Below are positions 1-27,060 of a stretch of DNA of 64,000 bases, piece by piece. A program made the position numbers and the translations under genes. Source of the DNA: Chrysomallon squamiferum (lineage: Eukaryota; Animalia; Mollusca). The DNA is taken from NCBI GenBank assembly GCA_012295275.1, contig CM022668.1, forward strand, positions 13,764,001-13,828,000, read 5' to 3'. The notes beneath the pieces were generated by a model. It was not told the DNA's origin. It did no database searches and saw only the letters and a program-made list of their open reading frames with translations. Each line of letters starts with the position of its first letter. Within the stretch, counting starts at the first letter, position 1.

Positions 1-59
1 TTTTCACGCTGTCTGACCAGTCTCAACAAACACAATGAAACTTCTTGGTATTTTGAATG

Positions 60-500
60 AAGTGGTTGAGTTGCTTCCTCGCTTTTTAAAAAGTCTACAA
101 ACCTCCAGGAATTAAGAAGCTATTCGCCAATGTTTGACTGGAAGCGACGGTGCCACCCTTCCACGAAGTTGTTAGTCCGCGGCAAACTCTTTTCCACTCG
201 CTGATGAAGTTGTCCTCAAAGTACTCCAGTATTAGTAACACATAATCAGTCATCATCAGCTTCCGATAGTGCTTCAGGAGCTGCCGTGACTTCATCCATT
301 GAAGTGAATGCAATTGCAGCTATCTGACGGATCAGTAAAGCAAACTCTTCATCGATATTTTAATGAACTGCCAGACAAATGAGTTGACCTTGGCGCCAGA
401 TGCTTTGGTTCAAATGAAAGAAGCATCCAGTCACAGTACAGTTTAACTTCTTCTTCAAACTCGTAAGAAATCACTCCACCATTGAGTCCGTTCTGAAGGA
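60..500 (-). mobile_element. Degenerate Mutator-like (MULE) transposase remnant
   Basis: Manual minus-strand translation gives TGCFFHLNQSIWRQ (~390-431), then a stop, then NIDEEFALLIRQIAAIAF, LILEYFEDNFI and LPRTNNFVEGWHRRFQ (~138-185). GCxFH..W and RTNNxxEGWH are hallmark MULE transposase motifs. Stops and frameshifts show it is dead. Confidence 0.8.
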
Positions 501-3234
501 CATACGCATAGTTTTCGAAGGCAAGTCTTGGATGATCATGCTTTGACGCATTGAATATCTTTGCTTGAACTTTGAACCTTGTCCGTCGCTATTTTCGCTA
601 TAAGGCATGACCTTATATATTGTTTAATTCATCTCAGTTATAGATCACTTGCTAAACCAAAGGAATCTTTGACATTTAATGAGCCTGAATTAGTAATATT
701 GTTTAGCAGATCAAAATAATCCAAATGCCTTTAATCAAATTGTATGTAACACTTTGACTGATTTATTGGAATGTTGCTTGAAAAATCATTCTGAATGGTT
801 TATTGGATGAAAAATACGGTATTAAAACAAGGTGTGGCCCTTACACTTCGAGCTTTTTGGGGTCCCTCAACCTCCACTATCGCTCCTGCCCGCCTATTTC
901 AAGCTCTCCTTTCGTACAATATATTGCAATACTATTAAAAATTAATTACTCAATGGAGCAACAAAGAAAATAATATCAAAATACCGGTGCTATACTATAA
1001 AGTTAAACACATTTATGTCTACATAGGTATCTAGGTACTTAAGCATTTTTTTCCCTTAATGTTTCAACAAGCTGATCCAAAATATTATTAAAATTTGATT
1101 TCAGGAGCACAGACGATTTTACATCTATTAATGCCAAATTACAGAGCTTTTCATCTTCCATAGTGATTCATGAATAATTCGTAATACGTTTAAGAACAGA
1201 AAAACACCTCTCTTCAGAACAGTTTGTATCGAGAAGTGACAAGTAAATAAGTAAACAAATGTATGTTTGGAAAAATTTCCTACATTCCAGTTTTGATAAT
1301 TATGACCAGCTGAAAAACAAGACTGGGAGGTCACCCCCAGCCGTTCGGCCCATCCCTGACCGTGCGTCAAAATTTCACATTTATTTTTTTATATAGTTTA
1401 GCCCACCATTAGAGTCTCTCGTATCAAAGAGGTTTCCTATAAATTAATTTCGGTGACGCGCATGAAGCGTTTGACGCGTTCACAGTACTAACATATAACA
1501 CTGAAAGAAGAAGGAAAAGAAAGATTGCATGCATCCCTGCTTTTGATGGACCACTAGATTTCAGCCTAGTCAGCCTTAGACACAATGCAGCGCTGGGAAG
1601 ACACCTTTGATCCTGAAGAAACTGTATTTATTCTCCGAAAATAGCAATTTACCATCGACATTGTTTTCCATACCGGTTAATTTCTTTATTAACTTTTTTT
1701 TTTTTTTAACTTTTTTACTTTTTTACGATTCTCTTGTTTTCGACCTAATGTAAAAAGTATGTTAATTTCCATTTGCTGTTGTTAGTGACTGAACGCTCTC
1801 TGTTTAAAAAATACATGAGTAATTTTGTTATTTGAAAACTGAAACGTGTGTACAATTCTGAAGAATATGTTTGAAGTAGAAGATTTTTAGATATCACTGC
1901 ATTTTTTTGTATTTGAACACATTTTTTTTTTTACTTGAAATTGTCTTATTGAACTATTAAACATACCAACACACATACACACACATACAATAATAATAAA
2001 TGTATAGATAAATAAGTAAATTAATGAATAAATATTTATTAGAGGGTAATAAGAGTTTAAAACAAGTTACTGTGTAAATAAACAGCTGGTTTTATTGTAC
2101 AAAGTAAATTATTTTGCATAGAACAGAGACGTCATCCCTAGAACTATTTGTAACTCGATCATGAAATAGATGCGTCTTTCAAACACAGAATATAATGTAT
2201 TAAAAAAGAAAATTTAATAATAATAATAATCATAATCATCATCATCACCATAATCATTTTCATTATCATTATCATCGTGATTATTACAATCATCATCAAG
2301 ATTATCAGGTGATATTTTCAAAAGCTCAGATCTGAATAATGCAAAAGAGTAATATTAAAAAATATGCCTGGCTGCGGTGACAAAAACTTTGCGATGGAAT
2401 CATAAATATAATTTTGTAACTTTTCAAATACGTTTCAAATAGATTAATAACAGATAATATAAAGATCTTGATACGTAAATATATCAATAGCATTCATCAT
2501 CATCATCATTATATCGTCATCATCATTGTCATCATTATACAAAAATGATTAAAAAATTCATATCTAAATATGTAATAGAGTACAATTAAAACAGCTATAT
2601 GAAAGACCTCTAATTCTTGTTCTCATTAAATATCCCTACAGAGAAAATAAAACTTAAATAAATATTCTAAACAAACAACACATGCAAACAACTAAACTGT
2701 CTGTTAAGTAGCCATGTTTTGGAAACACTGGCTAGAATATAACAACACTGTTAAGAACGTTACTTAAAATTTGATTAAATATTCAGTAACAAGCAATTAT
2801 TTTGTAGCTTCCGAACTGTGAACTGGGTAATACAACGAAGGCCACAAAAAGATATTACTATTTATAAGTCTTCATTTCAAATCCGTTATACAATCATAAC
2901 AGGTTATGCGCATGAAAACGTAAGAATTTTAAAAAAATAGCCTCTCGTTTATGGAGACAATTATACTAAGGTAAATCTAATTTAATGTTAAATACAGTAT
3001 GTGACAACTATTGATTTATATCTGTGATGTAAACACTGTATGTTATAAACACTGATCACTACATGATAAATAGTGATTTGAACACATGATATGCAATGAT
3101 CTGTTAGTCATAAACACAAATTTGAAGGTGATAACTAGTGATTTCTATACTATCACAGCAATTCTTATGTCAGAAACCGGTATAAATACTAATTCGTACA
3201 TGAAAAATAATATTTATGTGATATGTATAATCCC

Positions 3235-3810
3235 GATAATAACTAATTTGTACGTCATAATCCTGATAATTTGCACGTGGTAATCATATAATTACTAATT
3301 TGCACGTGATAATCTTGATAATTACTCAGATGTACGTGATAATCTGATAATTTATAGGTGATAATCTTGATAATTATTAATTTTTAACTGATAATTTTGA
3401 TAATTCCTAACTTGTACGTGATAATCTTGATAATTACTCATATGTAGATGGTAATCTGATAATGACTCATTTGTACATGATAATCCTGATAATTTGTATG
3501 TGATAATCTTGATAATTACTAACTCGTACGTGTTAATCTGATAAATCCTAACTTGTACCTGACAATCTTGATAATTACTCATTTGTACGTTATAACTCTG
3601 ATAATTACTAATTTATACAAGATCATCTTGATAATTACTCATTTGTACTTGGTAATCTTGATAATTACTAATTTGTACGTGATAATCGTGATAATTACTG
3701 ATTTGTACGTTGTAACCTTGATAACTACCAATTTGTACGTGATAATACTGATAATTACTAACTTAAACGTGATAATCCTGGTGAATACTAATCTGTACGT
3801 TGTAAATAAT
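3235..3810. repeat. 30-bp minisatellite (consensus ~GATAATTACTAATTTGTACGTGATAATCTT) just downstream of the CHS-A stop, probably in its 3'UTR
   Basis: Unit recurs in register every 30 nt, for example at 3600, 3630, 3660, 3690 and 3720. It explains the I/T/N/L/Y/V-repeat ORFs at 3086-3860. Confidence 0.9.
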
Positions 3811-3914
3811 AATTTACACTGATATGTTTGTAAGTTATACGTGGTAAATACTGCTAACAATGTGTCAGTTTAGTACATCGTACATATCAGTTGCTGCTGT
3901 CACAACTTTGCTCT

Positions 3915-15186
<11,272 letters not shown>

Positions 15187-15567
15187 TGCCTTCGATTGTC
15201 TCCCCTGTGATGCCAAAAATGGAGGTCCGGAAGACGGAAAAAAATTTCTGTGTGTTGAAGGGTATTGCTAATAAATAAATAAATAAATATATAAATAAAT
15301 AAAAGTAAATAAATAAATAAATGAAGTAACAAATAAATAAACAGACAAAATTAACGAATAAATAAACGAATAATTGAATCAATCAATCAGTAAATGAGCA
15401 AATAAATGAACGAATAAAAAATATATAAATAAATGAATGAATTAATTAATTAACAATGATTAAGGCTACTTCATTTTAAAAAAGAAACAGTGATTAGAAA
15501 AGCAGCAAAAATAACAACAATAATTATTACAATAGCAACAACAACAACTATAGTAGTAGTAGTAGTA

Positions 15568-15634
<67 letters not shown>

Positions 15635-15859
15635 AATAGTAGTTGAATTATAGTATAAACTGAATAAATAAATATGAAAATAAACAGTTATGTAATTAAA
15701 CAAGCAAGTAAGTAAGTAAATAAATACGTAAATAAGTAAGTAAGCCTATAAATAATTAAATAAATAAATAAACAAACTGTTCAGGTACCAAACTAAAACT
15801 TAAAGTTACTATTTGAATACAAAACTGAATAATAAAATAATGTCCATTTTCTTCCTTAC

Positions 15860-16135
15860 CAAACGTGATTCTCGTGTTTTTTTTCTTTGCAAACGTTTCA
15901 ACGTGGCTAATATTCCTAAAGATTTCTTTTCGTATTTCAGTGTTCCTTTACATACTAGTTTCTTATCTGTTCCTACTTCCTTTTACAAAATCATATTCAA
16001 AGCCTTAAAAAAAATAAAACGTGATAGATATCAATTGGCTGTCCCATGTAATTGAATTAACTATCCTTCTTATTGCTGTATTTATTTAACTGTTCAATCC
16101 CTTCGTTTGCACACAGATCATATATTAGGTGTTAT
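15860..16135 (-). other. Putative non-coding 5'UTR exon of CHS-A
   Basis: Strong donor G|GTAAGG at 15860/15859 and candidate acceptor TTTTACAG ending at 16136. It is non-repetitive sequence amid microsatellites. The next exon (acceptor at 15205-15206) holds the ATG, so an upstream exon must exist. Confidence 0.45.
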
Positions 16136-16351
16136 CTGTAAAAATGTCAGTGTTCTAAATTATATTTTTGACCAGTAAGAGTCTTGTAAGTTTCTATTTT
16201 CGAAACCGTGATTGTGGTCGGTTTAAAATAGAATAAGGAAAGTCTCAATCTATTTTGTACATTTATGTATTTAGTACTTAAAATTATCTTTTGAAAAAGA
16301 GAGAAAATGACAGTACGACAGACAAACTGAAGAAAACAAAAAACATGACAG

Positions 16352-16411
16352 TGACGTCACTATTATTTTATCAGGTGAAATATATGATCGATTATTGATT
16401 TGATGACGTCA
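16352..16411. promoter_or_regulatory. Pair of perfect CRE palindromes (TGACGTCA) upstream of CHS-A coding exons
   Basis: TGACGTCA at 16352-16359 and 16404-16411. Function is inferred only. Confidence 0.35.
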
Positions 16412-16431
16412 GGTTCCTCCATTTACCAGTT

Positions 16432-16462
<31 letters not shown>

Positions 16463-17412
16463 CTTGTGTATTTATTATAATAGTTACTGTTGTTATTTCA
16501 GTGTGTTCAATCTGACGCAACAAAAGTTTGAAATGAGCCAGTTACTGTTTGTTATCTTTGTTACAACTAACAACCAAACATGACTGTGTACAGTAAATTT
16601 CCACTGACCTTCTCTGATATTAAAATTAGCTATAACAAATATAATCCTTTATCATTTGTTAATTTATTTTTAATTAATATGTATAGTAAATTTTGTATTA
16701 GATATAGGGAAACTGTATAATACATATAGGGAAAAGAATTCTACACAACAGAAAAACGCTAGTATCACGGTTATTACATCATCGTACTGTTGATGACGTA
16801 ATTTATAAATAGAACAGATAAACTTAATGGTGTTAATACGTGAACATTTTCAACATATTTTGCATATACTGATCTCGTATATCTTTTTTTTTTTCTCTCT
16901 CCTTTTTCGTGAAGGGGAGTTTAGTAACAGTGGAAGCTTATTACTAATGGTTATTAATGATTACTTTTAATATTCATTTATCTGATACATATTACTTTAT
17001 CCAATTCATTTATATAAAACAAGGTTAAACAAAAAATAAAAAAATATAAAAAAATCACCACTTTTTTTTTTTTGTTGCTATTTATTTATTTTATTTTATT
17101 TTATTTTATTTTATTTTATTTTTATTTTATTTTATTATTTTGTATTTATTCAGTAAGTTAGTTATATACTTATATTCTTACTTACTGTATGTTTTAGTAT
17201 ATAAAGTCGTATCGAATTAAAAAAAAAAAAAAAAAAGATATTTTAAGATGAGAAATTTAAGATAGTTTTCCACTTTTAACTAAACAGTTATTATTTTCAA
17301 GACGTTCTAAAAAAAAACAGACATCTCAGCTGATACACATACACAAACATAGACGTGCTCACACATTTATATGCATTAAACACACTGCCACACGAATGTG
17401 TACATACATGCA

Positions 17413-17449
<37 letters not shown>

Positions 17450-17682
17450 GCACGCACGCAGTCACCCTCTCACAGTCTCAAACATAAACATAAGTATCTT
17501 CGTTTCGAAGCAAAGTCATATTTCTTTTTAATAAGTAGATCACATGCGACGTCTTTTCATTTGATACCAAGTTTAATATCAAGATAATTTATTTATTTAT
17601 TTAACAATGGACGTCTGACTTAAGTGTTGTCGGAGCCGTTTAAGTAAAGTAAATATAAAGATAAGGAACGCAAGGAAAATTG

Positions 17683-17723
<41 letters not shown>

Positions 17724-17819
17724 CGTTATGCTAAACCAATTTTTCGCAGAAAGAAAGTTTTGTAACACAGCATGTTAAAAATAATAAAATACATAACCCC
17801 CTCTCCTTTATCCGCTTGT

Positions 17820-18190
17820 GTGAAACTAACGTTTTATGGAGTAAAATTCAGCTACCATAATACGAATTGCCGGTACGTCGACGTGAAATTCAGCCACAGG
17901 TACGTGAAATTCAGCTCCCATTGCGTGAAATTCAGCCACCGTTACGTGAAATTCAGCCGCCTTTGCGTGAAATTCGGTTACCGTAACGTGAAATTCAGCC
18001 ACTATTGCGTGAAATTCGGCTACCATAACGTAGAATTCAGCCACCTTTGCGTGAAATTCAGCTACCATAACGTGAAATGCAGCCGCCATTGCGTGAAATT
18101 CAGCCACAGGTACGTGAAATTCAGCCATTTTTGCGTGAAATTCAGCTACCATAACGTAAAATTCAGCTGTCATAATATGAAGTTCTGGTG
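17820..18190. repeat. 21-bp minisatellite (CGTGAAATTCAGCCACCATTG-like) with alternating 42-bp higher-order structure
   Basis: GTGAAATTCAGC core recurs every 21 nt, and unit ends alternate between ..TTG and ..TAA/GTA. Confidence 0.9.
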
Positions 18191-18448
18191 CCATATTGAC
18201 AGGTCTGCTTACCTGCCAACGAGACAGACAACAACTGCATTCTGCACCCACTAAATATCCACTTACTCGCCACTGAGCCTCATCTCTCACGTCCCCATCT
18301 CCACCCCCCCCCCCCCTGCTGACCTTATGTCGCCATCCCTGAACGTATCTGTAACTGTAACATCATTCTGAGACAACCCTGACAAGTCAGTTCAAAATTT
18401 CTGCTTTGAATATAACAGGATCTCTAATGCAAGGTTTGACTGTTAAAC

Positions 18449-18610
18449 GGACTGGGAGCACAGTTCAGTGGTTAGAAAGAAACACCGAGGCACGAGAGGT
18501 CGCGGGATCGGTTTTCAGCCGAGCCGTATCACGTTACAGTTAATGCTCCACAACCGATTTACCACCATTGGCGTGGCTCAGTCAACATGTAAATAACGGT
18601 GATTTGAATT
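18449..18610 (+). mobile_element. Degenerate tRNA-derived SINE fragment
   Basis: A-box-like CAGTTCAGTGGT (18461-18472) and B-box-like GAGGTCGCGGGATCG (~18496-18510). These are followed by TGCTCCACAAC, which resembles the motif at 60990. Confidence 0.45.
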
Positions 18611-18689
18611 CAAATAGTGTAAAAATGAGGCTATATATATATATATATAAGCATTTAGTAGATAGAGTGTGTTTGCAATACTCTTTTAC

Positions 18690-19110
18690 TATTATCTTTA
18701 CTACATTTCGAGTTCCTGCGTAGGCACTGCTCGCTGAAAAAGACAGAAATCATGACACTGAAAAGACGACAACGAAAATATCAGATCTGTAATATGAATG
18801 TTGTGGAAGATGAATACCATTTCTTGCTTCAATATATCTTTTGTTTTTATATATATATATATATATACGAATTTACGTTTATTATATTATTTAAAAAAAA
18901 TACCACTGGTACTAACCATCTGTATTTGAATTCATGCAGTTGTTATCAGTTGAAAATAGAAAACGAAATGTATAATATTGGGGAAATATCTTAACTATCC
19001 AACCTCCAATTCTTGTACCCTTTGTCACCTGTTTGTGTTTCTTTTTGTTTTTGTATATGAATTGTAAGCCAAGGAGCCAAAAGGTTTAAATCTAATAATA
19101 CAATAATACA
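18690..19110 (+). mobile_element. LINE (L2/Crack/CR1-group) 3'-end remnant
   Basis: Translates as FTTFRVPA*ALLAEKDRNHDTEK / RKYQICNMNVVEDEYHFLLQ. This matches the C-terminal 'FR...H.L.IE.GR...R.C..C....EDE.HFLL.C' motif of these ORF2 proteins. Ends in a short aataatacaataataca tail. Confidence 0.7.
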
Positions 19111-19429
19111 GTAACCAAAATGTGTCTGGGAAGGTGCATTTATAAAATTCCTTTACTGCTAATAGTTAACAGTAATCAACTGTTGGTGGATTTCTATGTT
19201 TATGTTATTAATTTATACTAAATATATGACCAGCACGAAATAACAAATAGTATAGTAGCAATAAACAAATAGCTGGAATCGTATTTATAATATAAATATA
19301 ATAACACAACGCACCTTTCGATTCAATCTGTAACAGAACTCTGCTTTATATATATAATCTTTTAATTCAGAATCTTTACGTTGCAAATATATCGTTACAA
19401 GGACATTTTGCGTTTAGAACTTGTTTGTT

Positions 19430-19810
19430 TCAAAGAAACGTATATAGTTGTAAGATGAAACTTTATGTTACAAATATCTCTGTAACGAGGAAACTTTTTA
19501 TTTACAACTTAACTGTCGTGATTTCTCTCTTTAGAATATATGTGTAACAAGAAAATTTCGTGTTTAAAAAATAACAAAGACATTTTGTGTTGCAGTTGTA
19601 GCTGCAACAATGAAACTTTGTGTTACAAACGTGGCTGTAACAGTGAAACTTTGTGTTACAAATATAGCTGTAACAATGAAACTTTATGTTACAAATATAG
19701 CTGTAAAAATGAAACCTCATGAAACAATGAAACTTTATGTCACAAATATTGCTCTAACTTAAAAACTGTGTTGTTAGTATATTTGTAACACTGAAACTTT
19801 CTGTTTCAAA
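19430..19810. repeat. 33-bp minisatellite (CAATGAAACTTTATGTTACAAATATAGCTGTAA)
   Basis: Clear copies at ~19608-19720 with degenerate flanking copies. Each unit has an internal GTTACA...TGTAAC inverted pair. Confidence 0.8.
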
Positions 19811-19916
19811 TATAATTAAATTATTACTACTACTACCACCACTGCTATTAATGACAATAACAACAACAAACAACAACAAAATTTAAAAAAAAAAAATTAA
19901 AAAAAATAAATAAATA

Positions 19917-19954
<38 letters not shown>

Positions 19955-19981
19955 CAAAAATAAAAAAAAAAAAAAAAAAAA

Positions 19982-20023
<42 letters not shown>

Positions 20024-20995
20024 GATAATAATAATAACAACCTAAAGAAAAAAAAAAAAGGAAGTAAACAGACTAAAATTATGTTGACAAAATTGAATAT
20101 CTTAGTTACTATGCTAGGACTTTTATGATTGAAATTTTATCATTGAGAGTACTTTAGCTTGCTAGCTTATCGGCTCAAATGAAATCTAAACAAACATCCT
20201 GATCAAAAAAAAAAAAAAAAAAAATCTTATTCCTGAGCGCGAGGGTATGTGTGTGTGTGTGTGTGTAGTGTGAATTTCTCTCTGTTGTATGCGTTGCTAT
20301 GTGTTTCTATGTGTGGATGTGGTTGTATTGCGTGTGCATGCATTTGAGCCATGTGTGTGTGCGTGTGTACGTGATAGGAGAGAGAGAAACAGGTGTATGT
20401 GTGTGTGTGCGTGTGTGTATATGTGTGTTTGTATACATACATAGACAAACAGGAAAACATACACACAGGTAGATAGTTATGTGTGTGTGTGTGTGTATGT
20501 GTGTGTGAGTGAGAGACCTAGGGGGAATATAATAGATATGTGCGTATGTGTTAGTTTATGCCTGAGAGTTCGGGTGGAGGTGTGTATGCGTGTATTTGTA
20601 GTGTCTACACGTGTGTGAGGTAGATACATATACTAATTTATAATTAATTAACTAATTTTATAATTAAACTCGCAATGCAAAAATGTAGGTATAAAATCAA
20701 ACGAAATGACAATATATCAATATCAACGGCAAGATCGACAAATATAATAATAATAATAATAATAATAATAGTAATAAAACTAATAACAATAATAATAACC
20801 ATAATAATAATAATAACAATGATAATAATAATAATAACAACAACAATAACAACAACAACAGCGACAATAACAGCAACAACATCAAACAATTACAAGAATA
20901 ATAATAATAATAATAATAATAAGTTAAGGAATGTATTAGCATAGATGTAACAACAGCTCATGATGTAATATAAAAAAAAAATATTGACTACTCAC

Positions 20996-21789
20996 AGTTC
21001 CGGAATAAATTTCGGAAATTCTTTCTCCCCACTTATCCATCGTTGATTCTTAGTATCTACTAGATTGTTCTAGAACTTTTGTTTTACACTTAACTTAGTA
21101 TTTTCTAGTTCATACAGCACTTGGATTGTTCTTATTCATATATGCAGCTCCATCGTCAATTATTTCTTAGTTTTCACTAGTTTATGCATCATCTCTTCCG
21201 CTAATTTATGTAGCAAATTGATCGTTTATGCTTAGTGATTACTAGTTGTTTGACTAACCAAGGTAAACGCTAGCTTCCACTGAAATAGACCACGCCTGTC
21301 CGAGACAATCCCTAGTCGATATACGACTCCACTTAGCCTATTTTTTTTTAATTATTATTATTATTATTTTTATTTTTTTTTTTATCTTAATGTAATAAAT
21401 GACCAGTGACAACAACAAAGATAAGAGGACCGAGCTCAATAAACTGTTCTGGCTTGGAGCGGCGAAATTTGCCGATTGATATTTCTAAAGTTATCAACGG
21501 ATACTGACGTTTTCTTTCGTAGTTTCTTTCGTCATTCTTTTTTTCATTTTCCATTTTATTTTTTTTTTTTTTTATAAATAGCAGAGGAGGCAATTTATTC
21601 ATTTGGGGGCTTGATTAACATTCGCGATTAATGTAGCTTTCATTGCAGCCTCCTGCTCTTGCGTGATTCAACGTGACGTGTTATGCAAGACACACTTTGA
21701 TTGGCTCTTTCATTCGACACCTTGCCTTAACGACGGATGAATTCCCTTATCTCGCGCGCGTTATTCGGCCGTGATCCACGCATGTCACT

Positions 21790-21790
<1 letters not shown>
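20996..21790 (-). promoter_or_regulatory. Candidate distal promoter and first non-coding exon of CHS-A
   Basis: Consensus donor GTGAGT at 20995-20990 (minus). Upstream CpG-richer cluster with a CCAAT box AGCCAATCA (ATTGG 21700-21704), TGATTCA (21664), TGACGTG (21674) and TTATGCAA (21681). No transcript evidence. Confidence 0.4.
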
Positions 21791-23740
<1,950 letters not shown>

Positions 23741-25539
23741 CGTTATCAGTGAAAAAATGTTTTAAAAAATTTCACACTGAATGCCTTGCTGCAATCTGTG
23801 AGACATTGTTTTTTTTTTTTTTTTTTTCAGGGGGTGAGGGTATTGGTTTACGACACCTGAGGTCAAAGGTTTAAAGTTTATTTAATGATTGTCAACGCTA
23901 AAATAAATTTACTGACAAAAGAATATACGGCGTTGTTTTATTTTTTTTATTTTTTATTTTTTTTGTTGTTTTTTGTGTGTGTGTGTGTGTGTTCTAACGT
24001 CATTAATTGTGTTTAACAGTAACGAGTCACGTGACTGAAGGGACTTACCTTGCGCTTAAACCAAACATAGTTACTGTCTCCTAGCAACCGAAGCTGGAGA
24101 ATAGAAATTTGATAAGAGGATAGGTATTTGTCAGCTGAAGTGTAGGATAAAAATAGAACATTACACATACGTAAAGAGAACAAAAAGACAGTATATTCTG
24201 ATCAGTGAGCAGAAAGAATTGTAATAATAAATCAAAAATATTTCACACTGACTTCCTTGCTGTGTAACCTCCTCTTGTTTTTTGTTTTTTCTGGGATACG
24301 TTTACGTCACAGGAGTTTTGTATGTGTGTGTGTGTGTCTGTGTGTGTGTGTGTGTTTGTGTCTGTGTGTTATTGTGTCTGTGTGTGTGTGTGTGTTATTG
24401 TATTTGTGTCTGTGTGTGTGTGTGTGTGTTTGTGTTTGTGTCTGTGTGTTATTGTGTCTGTGTGTGTGTTTGTGTCTGTGTGTGTGTGTGTCTGTGGGTG
24501 TGTGTGTACGTGGGTGTGTGTGTTTTGTGGGGACTTTTTTATGTTGTTGTTATTTTGTTGTTTTTATGGGGGGGGTTTAAAGTTATATTTCTGGTTGGCT
24601 GATTAATATACGATTTTAGGAACACTCCTCTACATGAGCTGAATTCACATCTACAAATATATGTTTGTCTGTGTGTGTGTATATGTATCTAGGCGTGTTT
24701 GTCTGTTTATCAAAACACACACACACACACACATACACACACACACACACACAGATACATACCCAACAACAACTGTTTCGTGTTGTCTAGATATGTATGT
24801 TAGTGTATCTGTGTTAATGTATACGTGTATCGGAGTATGCATAGATATTATAATCTAAAGTTTCTGTGTCAGTACTTTGCATAAATTATGTGTAATCCTT
24901 TAAGTATACTTTCAACGAATACATTTCATTGTTTGTAGCTGTAAGTGTGTATGTATGTGTGTATGTATGTATGTAAAGATGTATGTATGTAGGTATGTAT
25001 GTACGTATGTATGTGTGTTTGTATATATGTATGTATGTATGTATGAATGTATATAATGTATGTATGTATGTGTGTATGTATGTATGTATGTAAAGATGTA
25101 TGTATGTAGGTATGTATGTACGTGTGTATATATTATGTATGTATGTATGTATTTATATGTAATTAATATCTGTATGTTTTGGGGTATGTTTTTATTTCTT
25201 GCGTACATGCACTGGCATCTATTAAAGTGAAATATGGTGTCTCTTTGCTATGTATTGTACACATTCTTGTAGAAAGACAACTTGTAGCGGGAAAGAACAA
25301 GTGTATACTTGATTATGATATATGTGTGGGCGTGAATCATGAGGGCGTCTTCTTGTGGGTGTGTCTTAGCTGGCCGTTTACTACAGGTGCGTTCTGACAT
25401 GTAAATTGGGACGAGTGTAGGGTAAATAAATAAAGAATAAATCAGAAAAGTAAATACACTTGAAAAGATAACAACGTCTTTCAAAGTTATGTACAGTCAT
25501 TAAATATTTGTCGGTTTGAATCGCTGTGACATGATTAAG

Positions 25540-25790
25540 ACATGAACTGATCTTTCAGACATCAACTGATCTTTCAGACATCAACTGATCTTTCAGACAT
25601 GAACTGATCTTTCAAACATGAACTTATCTTTCAAACATGAACTGATCTTTCAAACACGAACTGATCTTTCAGACAGGAACTGATCTTTCAGACATGAACT
25701 GATCTTTCAGACATGAACTGATCTTTCAGACATGAACTGATCTTTCAAACACGAACTGATCTTTCAAACATGAACTGATCTTTCAGACAC
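25540..25790. repeat. 19-bp minisatellite (ACATGAACTGATCTTTCAG), about 13 copies
   Basis: Direct reading; copies are highly homogeneous. Confidence 0.95.
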
Positions 25791-26069
25791 TCTGACATTC
25801 ATACGTGCCAATGAATAGTGACATGTTGTAACAGAAACACACACGAACACACAGAAAGACGTACATACTCGCTTACACACATTCACACAGAAACAAACAC
25901 ACATAATGTTCCCATCCAGGTGCACCTTAATGTTCATTTAAAATAAAAATTCGAGGAATATGTGTGTGGAGGTAGGGATATGTGTGTATGTGAATACGTG
26001 TATATGCATGTGTGTTGATGTGTAACCAGATAGATGCTACAATCATCTGATCAATTAATATATTATTCT

Positions 26070-27060
26070 AAACGTAATCCGATTCGTAACCCTAACACTA
26101 ACCCAAAACTCCAAACCCTAATACCCACCCGGTAAACTCCAAATCAATAATAAACCTAACCCTAATTTTAACCTTAACCTTAACCCTAACCGTAATCTTA
26201 CTTCTAATAATATGATAAATTAACCTGTTATTAAAATATTATCCTAACATTAATCACAAAATTTCCCAAGATAACTTTTTTATTTTTTCAAATAAGAACT
26301 TTTTCATGGTTTTATTTAACACTCGCCATAAAATTTGTTAATTTTTAAACCAAAACTCTCTTCAGGCAAATAGATAATTAAAACTAACCCTAATGCAAAC
26401 ATTAACCGCAACCATAATGGTAACCCTAACCCTATTTTACCATGAGGGTTCATGCAGTGGTGCAAGGTGCGCTAATATATATATATATATATAGTATACT
26501 CAGTACATATATAAATAAATATATTTAGTATTTTTAATACATATAGATCATTTTGACCAGGTCATTTCAAAAGTTGCTCGCAAGCTGAAAAAGTATGGGC
26601 ACCCCCGACCTAAGTGCTATTGTTAACCCTAACCCAAAACCACGTAATCCTAGCTATAACATTACTTCTAATGCTATTGTTAACCCTAACCCAAACCACG
26701 TAATCCTAGCTATAACATTACTTCTAACTGATAGATTAAGAAAGAACATATCTGAAATGTTATCCCAACATTCGTCGTTAAATTTCCCCAAGTTAATTTC
26801 TTGAAATAAAAGTCATTTTCCAATCTTATCCTAATACGCATTATACGATTTTTTTGTTTTTTGTTTTATAGAAAACACTGTTGAGGTAAAAAGGTAATTA
26901 AAAATATATGCGTAAACATAACCCTAATCCTAACCTTAACCCTGACCCTTGCTATAACATCGGTTCTAACAATCTGATATTATTAACTTTATATTAATCC
27001 TAAAACAGTAATGCTAACACTAACTCTAATCCTAATCATAACCCTAATGCTAACTTTTCT
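26070..27060. repeat. Degenerate repeat block rich in CCCTAA variants, with internal duplications
   Basis: Interspersed aaccctaa tracts. Near-perfect ~57-bp tandem copy at 26615-26728. Diverged similarity between ~26200-26385 and ~26720-26905. Confidence 0.65.

Noticed and set aside
650-850. Possible LINE RT remnant (SEWF...G.KQG-like)
   Set aside because: Needs several frameshifts to read, so it is too weak to call without a search.
1320-1700. GC-richer block that could be a promoter or small exon (MQRWEDTFDPEETVFILRK*)
   Set aside because: No convincing splice pair or homology; could be transposon-derived.
18449-18530. tRNA gene
   Set aside because: The A/B-box-like motifs are degenerate and I cannot fold a cloverleaf, so it is treated as a SINE head.
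25540-25790. Regular repeats as a CRISPR array (also 17820-18190 and 19430-19810)
   Set aside because: Head-to-tail units with no unique spacers, no cas genes, and a eukaryotic intron-exon context.
26070-27060. True telomere or chromosome-fusion site
   Set aside because: The CCCTAA tracts are short, degenerate, in one orientation and embedded in other repeats. This is more consistent with a dispersed repeat.
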